DNA of 64,000 nt, from the NCBI GenBank assembly GCA_016207405.1, contig JACQPQ010000020.1, positions 7,445-71,444 of the forward strand, read 5' to 3'. Made by a program: the position numbers and the translations under genes. Of this stretch, positions 1 to 8,611 are shown piece by piece; position 1 is the stretch's first letter; each line of letters opens with the position of its first letter. The notes below the pieces were generated by a model that searched no databases, was not told the DNA's origin, and was given only the letters and a program-made list of their open reading frames with translations. Source of the stretch: Gammaproteobacteria bacterium (GTDB lineage: Bacteria > Pseudomonadota > Gammaproteobacteria > JACQPQ01).

Positions 1-194
1 AAAGACAACCAAGCCACCCAAAGAAATACGGCCGTTAAAATGATGGTACTAATGGCTACGCTTAAATCCTTCGGAAGAACACCTGCCCCCGCTTGAAAGG
101 CTTTTGCCAAACATATTCTACGGGCATCATCAGCTAGCCCTGCCGCTGCACAGTTGAGCGTGTCTTCCGCCAACCATAAGAAAGGACGAATCAT
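1..194 (-). CDS. ICE-associated membrane protein, N-terminal part; gene runs off the left window edge
   Basis: Reverse-strand ORF from the ATG at 192-194 reads MIRPFLWLAEDTLNCAAAGLADD... with a hydrophobic tail and no stop before the window edge. Its start overlaps the upstream stop as ATGA (operon coupling). Role is assigned by position within the ICE module. Confidence 0.35.
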   Translation of the reverse strand, partial: MIRPFLWLAEDTLNCAAAGLADDARRICLAKAFQAGAGVLPKDLSVAISTIILTAVFLWVAWLS

Positions 195-514
195 CGACGA
201 TAATCCCCCCGTAAAGGTTCAACTTGCCTCGGCTCAATGCGAGGATTGTTTAAATACTCCTCAATCCCATAGATCACTTTTTCAAAGTCCTGACTAAGCC
301 ACCCATATTCAAACTTTATTCGACTGGTCGGATCTCTTTGTTGCTCTGCCTCCCGAATCAAAGGCTCTATCGCTCGAAGTTCCTGGGCCAAACGAGCCAA
401 CGTTTCCCGTTCGCTCTCTATGCTGGCATATGCGAGAGAAGCCCCCCATAAACCAACGCTAATCACCTCAATTATCAATGCAATTCTTTTCATCATACTT
501 TCTCCTCTACCCAC
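191..514 (-). CDS. small ICE protein, RAQPRD-family-like (PFL_4695/tfc8-like)
   Basis: 107 aa with a signal-like N-terminus, a charged helical region, and a C-terminus NNPRIEPRQVEPLRGDYRR that resembles the RAQPRD family motif. It sits just downstream of traD and a membrane protein, as in GI-type ICE T4SS modules. Confidence 0.45.
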   Translation of the reverse strand: MGRGESMMKRIALIIEVISVGLWGASLAYASIESERETLARLAQELRAIEPLIREAEQQRDPTSRIKFEYGWLSQDFEKVIYGIEEYLNNPRIEPRQVEPLRGDYRR

Positions 515-517
515 GAA

Positions 518-628
518 ACGGTGCAGAAACGCACCCTACATTTTCCGGCCACGCTGCGCTTAGGCCGGCCTACATCTGTCGAATTTCATTTCGCCGGATT
601 CTGCGCTTATGCTTGAATCCGACCTACA
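518..628. repeat. three tandem REP-like palindromic units, each ending in CCTACAT
   Basis: acggtgcagaaacgcaccctacat (518-542), tccggccacgctgcgcttaggccggcctacat (545-574) and gccggattctgcgcttatgcttgaatccgacctacat (593-628). Each is a GC-rich imperfect palindrome plus a GTAGG/CCTAC head. Related copies lie at 13405-13430, 18049-18085, 48301-48333 and 48354-48384. Confidence 0.5.
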
Positions 629-659
629 TTACTTACCCCTTTCCCCTTATCCCTCCCCC

Positions 660-1385
660 CTAAACATATTTCTTAAAACTCGCTGCCATAATGCACAAGA
701 GAACCCCAAATAAAATCCCAAACGGCAAGATCACAAAATTAGGATGGCAACTAACAGGCAGCGACAAATACACCCACCAAGTAGCGATAAAAGTAGGCCA
801 CACCCCACGTTTGGCATACGCATACACCAATGAGCTCTCTCGCCCACCCCGCCACCGCCTTAAATCCCGCCGAACTAACCCTTCCGTTAAACCTACCACA
901 AAAAAAATGGCAAAAAGAGGCATGGCCATCACCAACACCGCAAGACGTACCGCATACGTTTGTGTGGTGTAAAAGGCAGATAAAATATAATCCTCGCTTC
1001 CCTGATAAAAATCATGCGTCAGTCGACGACCACCCTTCTCGTCCCCGGATAAAGGCTTTTTTGCCCGCTCAACCATTTTTTGAATGCCCGTCTTCTCAAA
1101 TAAAAAATGGTACATTTTATCTGCAAAGCCTTTCGCAAAACGCATGCTGTCTTTGGCAACCAAAGTATTTCGAAAATCTTGATTTAAATAACCTAATTCT
1201 TTTACCAGTAATTCCTTTGCATGCGTTACATGCGCGTCTTTCCAAAAAAAAGTCATCCCCACCCACTCAAAGATCACAGAAAAAAAAAGCGAAAAGAAGA
1301 GTACAAAAAACAAAGTGGCCACACATCCCACCGCCCAAGAAAAAAACCCTCCCCTCACTCCACTATTCGCGTTAGACGTCTGCAT
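660..1385 (-). CDS. ICE inner-membrane protein (PFL_4697/tfc7-like)
   Basis: 241 aa with several hydrophobic segments, lying between traD and the RAQPRD-like gene. Assignment is by context and topology only. Confidence 0.4.
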   Translation of the reverse strand: MQTSNANSGVRGGFFSWAVGCVATLFFVLFFSLFFSVIFEWVGMTFFWKDAHVTHAKELLVKELGYLNQDFRNTLVAKDSMRFAKGFADKMYHFLFEKTGIQKMVERAKKPLSGDEKGGRRLTHDFYQGSEDYILSAFYTTQTYAVRLAVLVMAMPLFAIFFVVGLTEGLVRRDLRRWRGGRESSLVYAYAKRGVWPTFIATWWVYLSLPVSCHPNFVILPFGILFGVLLCIMAASFKKYV

Positions 1386-1388
1386 TTT

Positions 1389-3464
1389 TCACTCCGCATT
1401 CCCCACTCCCCCCGAAAGCCACCAACGCTCCGACGTGGTATATCGCCTCTCCATATCCTCCGATACCTTTTCAATGGACTCTGGCATTTCTGCCTCGCAT
1501 CTGGAATCGATGAGCGGTAAACGAATCTTATAAAGCTGAGCCCCTTCCATTAAAACAAAGGCCTGCCCTTTGGGGAGCTTTACAATATCCGCCGGCGTCA
1601 GCATGGGCGCTTCCAGAACACTAACACGGTCTTGGTTGACAGAAGAAAACTCACTCCCCGTTCCGACCATTCCTACATCATGAGTCCCCGCTACCGTCAT
1701 CATGGAAGCCACCTCAACAAGCGGCAATTGCTTCGTCAGGATTTCCGCTGTTTCATATTCTCGAACACGCATCATAATAATGGTATTGAAATTACCAATC
1801 ACTTGACCGGCTTTACTGACACTCCGAACGCGCGATTCGATATCACTCCAGGTTTGGGTATAAGCGGTAACTTGTACACCCGCACCCCCCGCCTTATTCA
1901 AAAGCGGAATGAACTCATCCCCAATAATCTCGTTAAATTCATCACAGTGCATCGAAAGCGTTGGCATGGTTTTTCGCATTTCTACCTCATCGGGGATCCC
2001 ATATCCGGCTCCAAATTTGTATATCTGCCCGGCTACCGACACTAAATCCGCAAACATGGAGTTACCCACAGCACCCGATACTAAAGTATCCGACAAGGCA
2101 TCAAGCCCAACATACACAATGGCTTTTTTTCGAATAACCTGCATCCAATCAAAAATAGGACGCGGATCATGAATATCAAAATAATTAGGGGAAATGAGTT
2201 CCGCAGTCTTTCCCGTAATAAGTTTCTCCATGAGCGGCATGAGCGTTGCAACCAACTTATCAAAATACGTTTTGTCATATTCAAATGCCGAACGAAGACC
2301 ATCCACAACTGGATCAAAATAGCGCTTTTCTTTAATATACTTCACGAGCGCAATGCTGTATTTAGAACGCCCCCGCATGGAAGGCGAAGTGTTGGAATCC
2401 GTTAACGCCATTTCATATCGTTTGACATGAGTCAACCAATCCGGATCAACTTTTGGCAAACAAATACGGCAGTAGTCTTGAAGCAAGGGCTCTATGTTCG
2501 TCACATACTGAGAAATCTGCTGGTAATCAGGCCTTCGACCTAACGCAACCAACGCTCTCGCGATAATGTTGGTAAAACGCCATGCAAACTCACGAAACGC
2601 GAGCGCTTCCCCTTCACTTGGGATTTGAGTCGCAATACGCGTTGCAACTTCGGTTACCCTAGAAAAATTTCCAATGGCATTATAGCGAGCAGAAATATCC
2701 GGATACCCTAAGTGAAACATATAAAAATCTTTTTCACGACCACATCGCTTGGCTTCTACATACATCCGCTTTAAAAGTTCAGCATCTCCTTTTGGATCAA
2801 ACAAAATAACCACATCACCCCTTCGAATATCTTGACTCACCAGCACTTCACACAACCGAGTTTTGCCAACTCGCGTCGTACCTAAGACTAAAATGTGTCC
2901 CACCCTTTCTTTTAAGTCCATCCAAATGTCTTCTTCTCGGAGCTCTACCGCATGAAGTTGCGGGCTCCCCCCTACAGGTGGGAGCGGCGCGAGCGGATTC
3001 CACCAAACTCTGCGTGAAAAAAAAATGGCGAGGTGTTTAAAAAAAGGTTTATTTTCCCATTCCTGTTCTTTTCGACGCGCCCATAAGTACAGAGCTTTAG
3101 GCTCTACATAAGGGAGCCCCCAAGGACGCAAAGTATCTCGTAAACGCTGTGTGTGTTTTTGTTCCCACCGAAACCCTTTTCCAAAAAACAACCGCTGGTA
3201 ACTAATCGGAATATCTTTTGCCACCAACGTGTACTCGGACATTTGCCGTAAATTACGATGGTAACGCGCGATCATCCATCCTTCAGTTGCCCTATAAATT
3301 GCAATCACAAAAAAAAGTAAACCACAACCATAGGCAGTCCCCGGCGTCAGCATAAATAAAGTGGGAAACAAAAAAGCAAGCCCCCCCCCTAAAGCCGCCA
3401 CTAAAGCAGACCATAATTCAACAGGAGGCCGGAGAAGCGCTTCAAGAGGATATTCGGTACTCAT
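1389..3464 (-). CDS. traD: conjugative coupling protein TraD (type IV coupling ATPase, ICE/PFGI-1 class)
   Basis: 691 aa with two N-terminal TM helices, Walker A LGTTRVGKT, a FDPKGD motif and a TraD/TraG/VirD4-like architecture. Confidence 0.8.
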   Translation of the reverse strand: MSTEYPLEALLRPPVELWSALVAALGGGLAFLFPTLFMLTPGTAYGCGLLFFVIAIYRATEGWMIARYHRNLRQMSEYTLVAKDIPISYQRLFFGKGFRWEQKHTQRLRDTLRPWGLPYVEPKALYLWARRKEQEWENKPFFKHLAIFFSRRVWWNPLAPLPPVGGSPQLHAVELREEDIWMDLKERVGHILVLGTTRVGKTRLCEVLVSQDIRRGDVVILFDPKGDAELLKRMYVEAKRCGREKDFYMFHLGYPDISARYNAIGNFSRVTEVATRIATQIPSEGEALAFREFAWRFTNIIARALVALGRRPDYQQISQYVTNIEPLLQDYCRICLPKVDPDWLTHVKRYEMALTDSNTSPSMRGRSKYSIALVKYIKEKRYFDPVVDGLRSAFEYDKTYFDKLVATLMPLMEKLITGKTAELISPNYFDIHDPRPIFDWMQVIRKKAIVYVGLDALSDTLVSGAVGNSMFADLVSVAGQIYKFGAGYGIPDEVEMRKTMPTLSMHCDEFNEIIGDEFIPLLNKAGGAGVQVTAYTQTWSDIESRVRSVSKAGQVIGNFNTIIMMRVREYETAEILTKQLPLVEVASMMTVAGTHDVGMVGTGSEFSSVNQDRVSVLEAPMLTPADIVKLPKGQAFVLMEGAQLYKIRLPLIDSRCEAEMPESIEKVSEDMERRYTTSERWWLSGGVGNAE

Positions 3465-4297
3465 GGCTTATCCCTCAAAACCCTCATCACATGGGTGTCT
3501 CGACGCAAAAGGAGAAGAGGAAGCGACTCCCCTAACCCAAAACGAGCAAATTCTCCACTATCATGGTTCAGTGTGATCCTGCGACTCGTCACCCACTCAG
3601 GCAAAATGCGATGCTCTCTCGCCCAAGCTTGTACAATAGAATTGTCCCCGCGCGTTTCTCTAAAATAAACATCCAAACCTATTCGATATTTTTGAACCCA
3701 GGATAAGACGAGGCTGATATCCAGTTCACAGGTTTTACAATGAGGCTCTAAAAAATAAAGAAGCCTATCTCCAGAACGAAATTCATTGGGAGCCACCCAA
3801 CCTTGCGACTCATCGCTCAAGGAAACACGCCCCCCATATAAACGATTTCGCGCCTCTAAAAAGGCCTTCTGAAACGCTAGAGTTTCTTCGGTATATTTTT
3901 CTTCGTTTTTCGCGGCAAGTTCCGCATAACGTTTGCGCTCTTCCGGATTTTTGGCCGCAATGCCCAACACCCAAACGGGATCTACACCCTGCAAACGAAA
4001 CTGACCCTCGTTTTGCATAATACCCTCATACTGACGCCACTCTTCCTGTGTCAATCCCAATCGACTGGCCAACACTTGAGTGTTCTGAACTTCTGGAGTT
4101 TTCTTCAGTATTTCCTTACTTTCGGTGTAGTTAAAACGAGACCATGAGGGTTCCGCAGCATGTAGATGACTAGAAATGAATAGAAAGAAAAAAACGAATG
4201 CAATCCCCCCAAAGAACCTCAAGGCACTAGAAAAATTTTTAGGTCTCTCAGACAATGTACCCATGTTATTGCACCGAAACGACTTTCTGCTCTCCAT
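3461..4297 (-). CDS. ICE-associated exported protein (PFL_4693-like by position)
   Basis: 278 aa with an N-terminal hydrophobic anchor or signal. It overlaps traD by 4 nt. Family assignment is positional only. Confidence 0.35.
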   Translation of the reverse strand: MESRKSFRCNNMGTLSERPKNFSSALRFFGGIAFVFFFLFISSHLHAAEPSWSRFNYTESKEILKKTPEVQNTQVLASRLGLTQEEWRQYEGIMQNEGQFRLQGVDPVWVLGIAAKNPEERKRYAELAAKNEEKYTEETLAFQKAFLEARNRLYGGRVSLSDESQGWVAPNEFRSGDRLLYFLEPHCKTCELDISLVLSWVQKYRIGLDVYFRETRGDNSIVQAWAREHRILPEWVTSRRITLNHDSGEFARFGLGESLPLLLLRRDTHVMRVLRDKP

Positions 4298-5018
4298 CCT
4301 TCTTGAAAATAACTTCCTGCTTTTGAAATTGAATATCCCCCACTTCCCATCCCATTACCGTATCCCCCACTCCTACCAATTTGGTTTTACTCTCTACAGA
4401 AACCGCCACGAATGGTCGACTATCCCACAGGTCAACCGCAACTACTTTAAACGGCAATTCTGAGAGACTGGCCTGCCCAACTTTTTGAAGTTTGGAAAGT
4501 TCTCCTTCTATCACAGAAAGACGACGGTCAACCTGTTTTAAAATTTCTGCCTTTAAAGTGCTTCCGTCTCGCCGTGAGAGCTCATCCACTTCACTTTTTA
4601 AGGAAGCAAGGCGCCCATCCGTCTCTAAAACACGAAGCCGCTCTTCTACCCGCTCCCTCTCTTCTTGCAACTTTAAAGCATTCTGATCACTCTCTTTCGC
4701 TTTATCCTTGTTTTCTAAAACTTCTTCTGGGATCGGTAAATCAGAAGACGTCCCCCCTTCTTTTGAAATGGGCGAAAAGCTTTCTAAAGAAGAAGAAAAA
4801 GAACTGTTCCCCTCGGAAGGAACTTTCCCACGATGTAAAAATGACCAAACTAAAAATAAGAGCGCAATGACGGCGCCCGCAATCAACAAGACTTTTAGAG
4901 ACGTATTTTTTTGGGTTTGAGAAGATTCTGAAAATGAATTTTGTACCCCTACACTCGTTTCTCGTCTTTCAAGTTCGGGTAGCTCATGTTCAAAAGAACT
5001 CGTGTTTTTTGCATTCAT
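4266..5018 (-). CDS. ICE-associated membrane / coiled-coil protein
   Basis: 250 aa with an N-terminal Ser-rich region, one TM segment and a coiled-coil C-terminal half, in the same operon as traD. Confidence 0.35.
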   Translation of the reverse strand: MNAKNTSSFEHELPELERRETSVGVQNSFSESSQTQKNTSLKVLLIAGAVIALLFLVWSFLHRGKVPSEGNSSFSSSLESFSPISKEGGTSSDLPIPEEVLENKDKAKESDQNALKLQEERERVEERLRVLETDGRLASLKSEVDELSRRDGSTLKAEILKQVDRRLSVIEGELSKLQKVGQASLSELPFKVVAVDLWDSRPFVAVSVESKTKLVGVGDTVMGWEVGDIQFQKQEVIFKKDGEQKVVSVQ

Positions 5019-5030
5019 AAAAAACCTCGT

Positions 5031-5465
5031 TTAAGGAACTGTAGAAACCATAGGGAGAAGTGGCTCACTCACCTTAAAAGTGATTTCCCTTTTATAAGGG
5101 TCTTCCACTATCTGATAAGGCGTTCCAACCAATGTACTGATTGCCTGACGAAGACTCAGTGGCCCTAAACTTCGGTGAACTTCTGGAAGAGGATAGTGAT
5201 ATAAAATGGAGAGTTCTGCGCTTTCTTTAACTTCTTCCGCTAACCGATAACCACTGCGAAGTAACACATACTCGAGTGCTTCACCCACGGTGATAAGTTG
5301 TTTAGGAAAGCGAATGTGAATGATGAGGGATAAAAGATCAGCTTGGGCAGGCGTTGGCTCTGTGGTTGCTAGAGTATATCGCCCGACTTGAATCGCATGA
5401 GAGTCTGCATGAATTGCTGAGACACTACAGACTAACAACATAAATAGAATGCGGCTTGGGTTCAT
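5031..5465 (-). CDS. ICE-associated secreted protein with signal peptide
   Basis: 144 aa beginning MNPSRILFMLLVCSVSAIHA (Sec signal). It is the first gene of the minus-strand ICE operon in the window. Confidence 0.35.
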   Translation of the reverse strand: MNPSRILFMLLVCSVSAIHADSHAIQVGRYTLATTEPTPAQADLLSLIIHIRFPKQLITVGEALEYVLLRSGYRLAEEVKESAELSILYHYPLPEVHRSLGPLSLRQAISTLVGTPYQIVEDPYKREITFKVSEPLLPMVSTVP

Positions 5466-5640
5466 AAGATCAAGATCACCCTTAATTTTAAAGTTCTCTT
5501 GTTCTTCTTACGTTACTCCTTTTAAAGTAGAACGATAGAGATAAATTTTCATAATTCTCACTCAACTTAAAGAGGAGAATGGTAAAATCGAAAGTCTATT
5601 TTGATATGCCAGGGTTCCTTCTATCAAGGGGAGAAGGCAA

Positions 5641-6204
5641 ATGGTTACAAAAAATTACAAAGTTTATCAAGCACAGCGGGTAATCAAAGAAGGCGGGATT
5701 GTTGCCTATCCTACGGAAGGTGTCTTTGGTTTAGGATGCGATCCACTTAACCCTTCTGCCGTCTATAGACTTTTGAGAATCAAAAAACGAGATCTTCGCA
5801 AAGGACTGATTCTAATTGCCCACCACAGCCTCGCATTTAAACCTTTCCTAGCCGAAGACTGTGTAAAAATCTGGCAAGAACGCTATGCACGTTCTAAGGG
5901 TGAACCCTGTACCTGGGTTTTTCCGGCGAGACTAAGAACACCCCAATGGCTCACGGGAGAACATAAAAGCATTGCGATTCGAGTGACCACTCACCCCCTC
6001 GCTCGTGCATTGTGCGAAGCCGTTGGGTTTCCGATTGTATCGACAAGCGCCAATACCAGTTGCGGCACTCCTGCAAAAGACGCCTTAACGGTTCGTCTCC
6101 ACTTTGGGCGAAAGATAGATTTTATTCTCTCAGGCGTAACAGGCCCTTTAAAAAAACCAACCCCTATCCGAGACGGCTTGACGGGAAAAATAATTAGGGC
6201 TTAG
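5641..6204 (+). CDS. tsaC: L-threonylcarbamoyladenylate synthase TsaC (YrdC/Sua5 family)
   Basis: 187 aa with the YrdC signature YPTEGVFGLGCDP and a size typical of TsaC. Confidence 0.8.
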   Translation: MVTKNYKVYQAQRVIKEGGIVAYPTEGVFGLGCDPLNPSAVYRLLRIKKRDLRKGLILIAHHSLAFKPFLAEDCVKIWQERYARSKGEPCTWVFPARLRTPQWLTGEHKSIAIRVTTHPLARALCEAVGFPIVSTSANTSCGTPAKDALTVRLHFGRKIDFILSGVTGPLKKPTPIRDGLTGKIIRA

Positions 6205-7699
6205 GCGGGGCAGGAGGCCTCTCCGCCACTGTTTTAATAGCGGCCTCTACAGCTGCTGCCGCATCCATAATGCCCGCTCCACACTTATCCTTGTTGCAGG
6301 CTTGTTGACTTTGTATCTCAGGAAAAGAACTTACCGTTCTAACAAGAATATCTTTAATTTGTATCGGAGAGAGATCTGCTTTATTGGGAATAGCAGACAA
6401 CATCAAGGCTACTACCCCCGCAACATGGGGAGTGGCCATACTCGTTCCTTTCAAGTAACCATATGAGGACTTCCCTGGTTTATACTCTCCATCATTGTAC
6501 GTAGAATATATCCCTCCACTTTTATCCCCCCCCGCCGCTGTGAGGGTGACTATTTCTCCAAAATTGGAATAAGAAGCCAACTCTCCTTCAAGATTACTCG
6601 CTGCAATCGTAATCACACCCGGGCAATTGCCAGGGAAAAATTTTTCCGCATTGATTTTATTATTGCCAGCCGCTACCACAACCGTAACGCCCGCATCTAT
6701 CACTTTTTTAATAGTCGCTTGCATATCCGCCTGGCACAGTGAAATCCCCCCTAAACTCATATTAATAACATCTGCCTTATGTTCAGAAGGAAGGGTCGGA
6801 ACACCCAGTACCGGATACCCTGCCGCATAGAGCAATGCTTCCATGATATCGACTGAGCTACCTCCACAGCGCGCTAATACTCGCAAAGGTAAAAGCTTAA
6901 CAAAGGGTGCAACTCCCACAACGCCTATTCTATTCAGAGCCGCCGCAATAGTCCCCGCCACATGCGTACCATGCCAAGTGTTCTTACTTGCACGTTTACA
7001 AGGTGCTTCCCCGTTTTTAATATCCTCCCACGACACCCCATCTCCTGAATCAGTTGGATCGGGATCGCGACCATCCCCATCATTCGCCTTGGCCAGATCA
7101 CTCACAAAATCATAACCTGGAAAGAGCTGATCCTTAAAATCAGGGTGATCAGGCCGTATGCCTGTATCTAATACAGCAACAACGACATCTTTTTTCCCTA
7201 GCGTATGTTTCCATGCACCAGGCGCGTTAATCTGTTCGTAATGCCACTTTTGGTGGGCATAAAGCGGTTCATTTTGTGGGATTAACTCTTTCTCTACGGC
7301 TGCTGGGTAGGCCATCAAAACAGGTACGACAGTGGTGCCGGCTGGAAACGCTCCATCTAAAGTTTGAGCAGAAACCTGAACCCCTTGAACTGGGGCAAGC
7401 GTAACCAGAACTGCTCCTGGTAAAGCCAATGGCTGCGGCGCCCCCTCCACAGGAACACCTACGGTCTCAGATAAACTCTGGATTGCGCTCATCACAGTTT
7501 TATCCGCCGTTGGAAGTATTTTTCCAGAAGAAGGCTTAGAGATCACTACAAATTGATTGGGAATGATATAATCAGCAGGATCTAGGGACATGAGTGGCGT
7601 CGCAGGATCGACCATCGCCTTTATAGATCCTAAGAATAACACCCCACCCACAGCCCCTATTTTTTTGATTCTTGATGCTATCATGCAGGCTCTCCTCAT
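6194..7699 (-). CDS. S8 family subtilisin-like serine protease, secreted
   Basis: Asp, His and Ser catalytic motifs are present: DTGIRPDHPDF, HGTHVAGTIAA and GTSMATPHVAG. An N-terminal signal-like segment is present. Confidence 0.8.
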   Translation of the reverse strand: MRRACMIASRIKKIGAVGGVLFLGSIKAMVDPATPLMSLDPADYIIPNQFVVISKPSSGKILPTADKTVMSAIQSLSETVGVPVEGAPQPLALPGAVLVTLAPVQGVQVSAQTLDGAFPAGTTVVPVLMAYPAAVEKELIPQNEPLYAHQKWHYEQINAPGAWKHTLGKKDVVVAVLDTGIRPDHPDFKDQLFPGYDFVSDLAKANDGDGRDPDPTDSGDGVSWEDIKNGEAPCKRASKNTWHGTHVAGTIAAALNRIGVVGVAPFVKLLPLRVLARCGGSSVDIMEALLYAAGYPVLGVPTLPSEHKADVINMSLGGISLCQADMQATIKKVIDAGVTVVVAAGNNKINAEKFFPGNCPGVITIAASNLEGELASYSNFGEIVTLTAAGGDKSGGIYSTYNDGEYKPGKSSYGYLKGTSMATPHVAGVVALMLSAIPNKADLSPIQIKDILVRTVSSFPEIQSQQACNKDKCGAGIMDAAAAVEAAIKTVAERPPAPPKP

Positions 7700-7892
7700 T
7701 TTTAGTTTCTATAGTTTCTGTAGAAGATATAGTCATAAAGAAAGCTTTCGTCAAATGAGTGGTTCGAATTTTAGTAATGCCTAATTAGGATGGTGGGGAG
7801 GGTGGTTTGCTGTGTATTTTTTTAGCGAGCAGCAGGCAGTAGAAAATACACAGTAAACCACTCGTCAGTGATGGATTACATTTGACAGAGTA

Positions 7893-8498
7893 CTAAGACA
7901 AACAAAGTGTCTTAGCTGGTAAATCAACCGAATGATGGGTTGAGAGAATAACCATTCCCTGATCCTCGGTATGTTTCTGGATCTGCTTCTGAAGCTGTTC
8001 GCGAGAAAATGCATCACATCCCGAAAATGGTTCGTCTAATATCCACAGAGAGGTCTTTGCATAGACTAATCGCGCTAAGGCTACTTTTCGACGTTGTCCA
8101 AGCGATAAGTCTTTACAGAGTGTATTCTTGAAAGGCTTCAAACCAAAATAATCTAACGCCTCTTCGCACTCGGCAGGAGGGTTCGCTCTTCCCTCTAATT
8201 TTGCAAAAAGGGTTAAATTTTCAATCGGAGATAATCCATATCGAATAGCATTGCTGTGACCAATATAAGTTAACTCTTTAAAATACTGCGCCCGACATTT
8301 TTGAATGGCTTGATCCTGCCAATAAACCCCCCCTTCATCAGGCTCCCTCAAACCACAGAGTATTCGGAGTAATGTGCTTTTCCCTGAACCATTCTTCCCT
8401 TGCACTTGCAAAACTTCAGTGGGGCTTATTTCTAAGGAAAGATCTTTAAATAATAGACGGAGATCTCGATGAGAGGTCAAATGAAAAGCAGACAGCAT
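7893..8498 (-). CDS. ABC transporter ATP-binding protein, CcmA-like
   Basis: 201 aa with Walker A GKNGSGKST, an ABC signature LSLGQRRKVALA and Walker B ILDEP. Size and sequence are CcmA-like, but no ccmB-H genes are adjacent. Confidence 0.55.
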   Translation of the reverse strand: MLSAFHLTSHRDLRLLFKDLSLEISPTEVLQVQGKNGSGKSTLLRILCGLREPDEGGVYWQDQAIQKCRAQYFKELTYIGHSNAIRYGLSPIENLTLFAKLEGRANPPAECEEALDYFGLKPFKNTLCKDLSLGQRRKVALARLVYAKTSLWILDEPFSGCDAFSREQLQKQIQKHTEDQGMVILSTHHSVDLPAKTLCLS

Positions 8499-8611
8499 GA
8501 TTCGTGTATTTCCTACATAAATTTATCAGAATTTCCTAGTGTTTAGTTTTTAAGACCTCTTAAACTAAGAGTATAGGCCTTGACATGGATGTCGGGGCTA
8601 TCGCCCCGCCC

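Noticed and set aside
5466-5640. Looked for a tRNA gene, att direct repeat or integrase remnant at the right end of the ICE module
   Set aside because: No cloverleaf-compatible sequence or repeat of the flanking DNA is seen. The boundary cannot be defined from this window.
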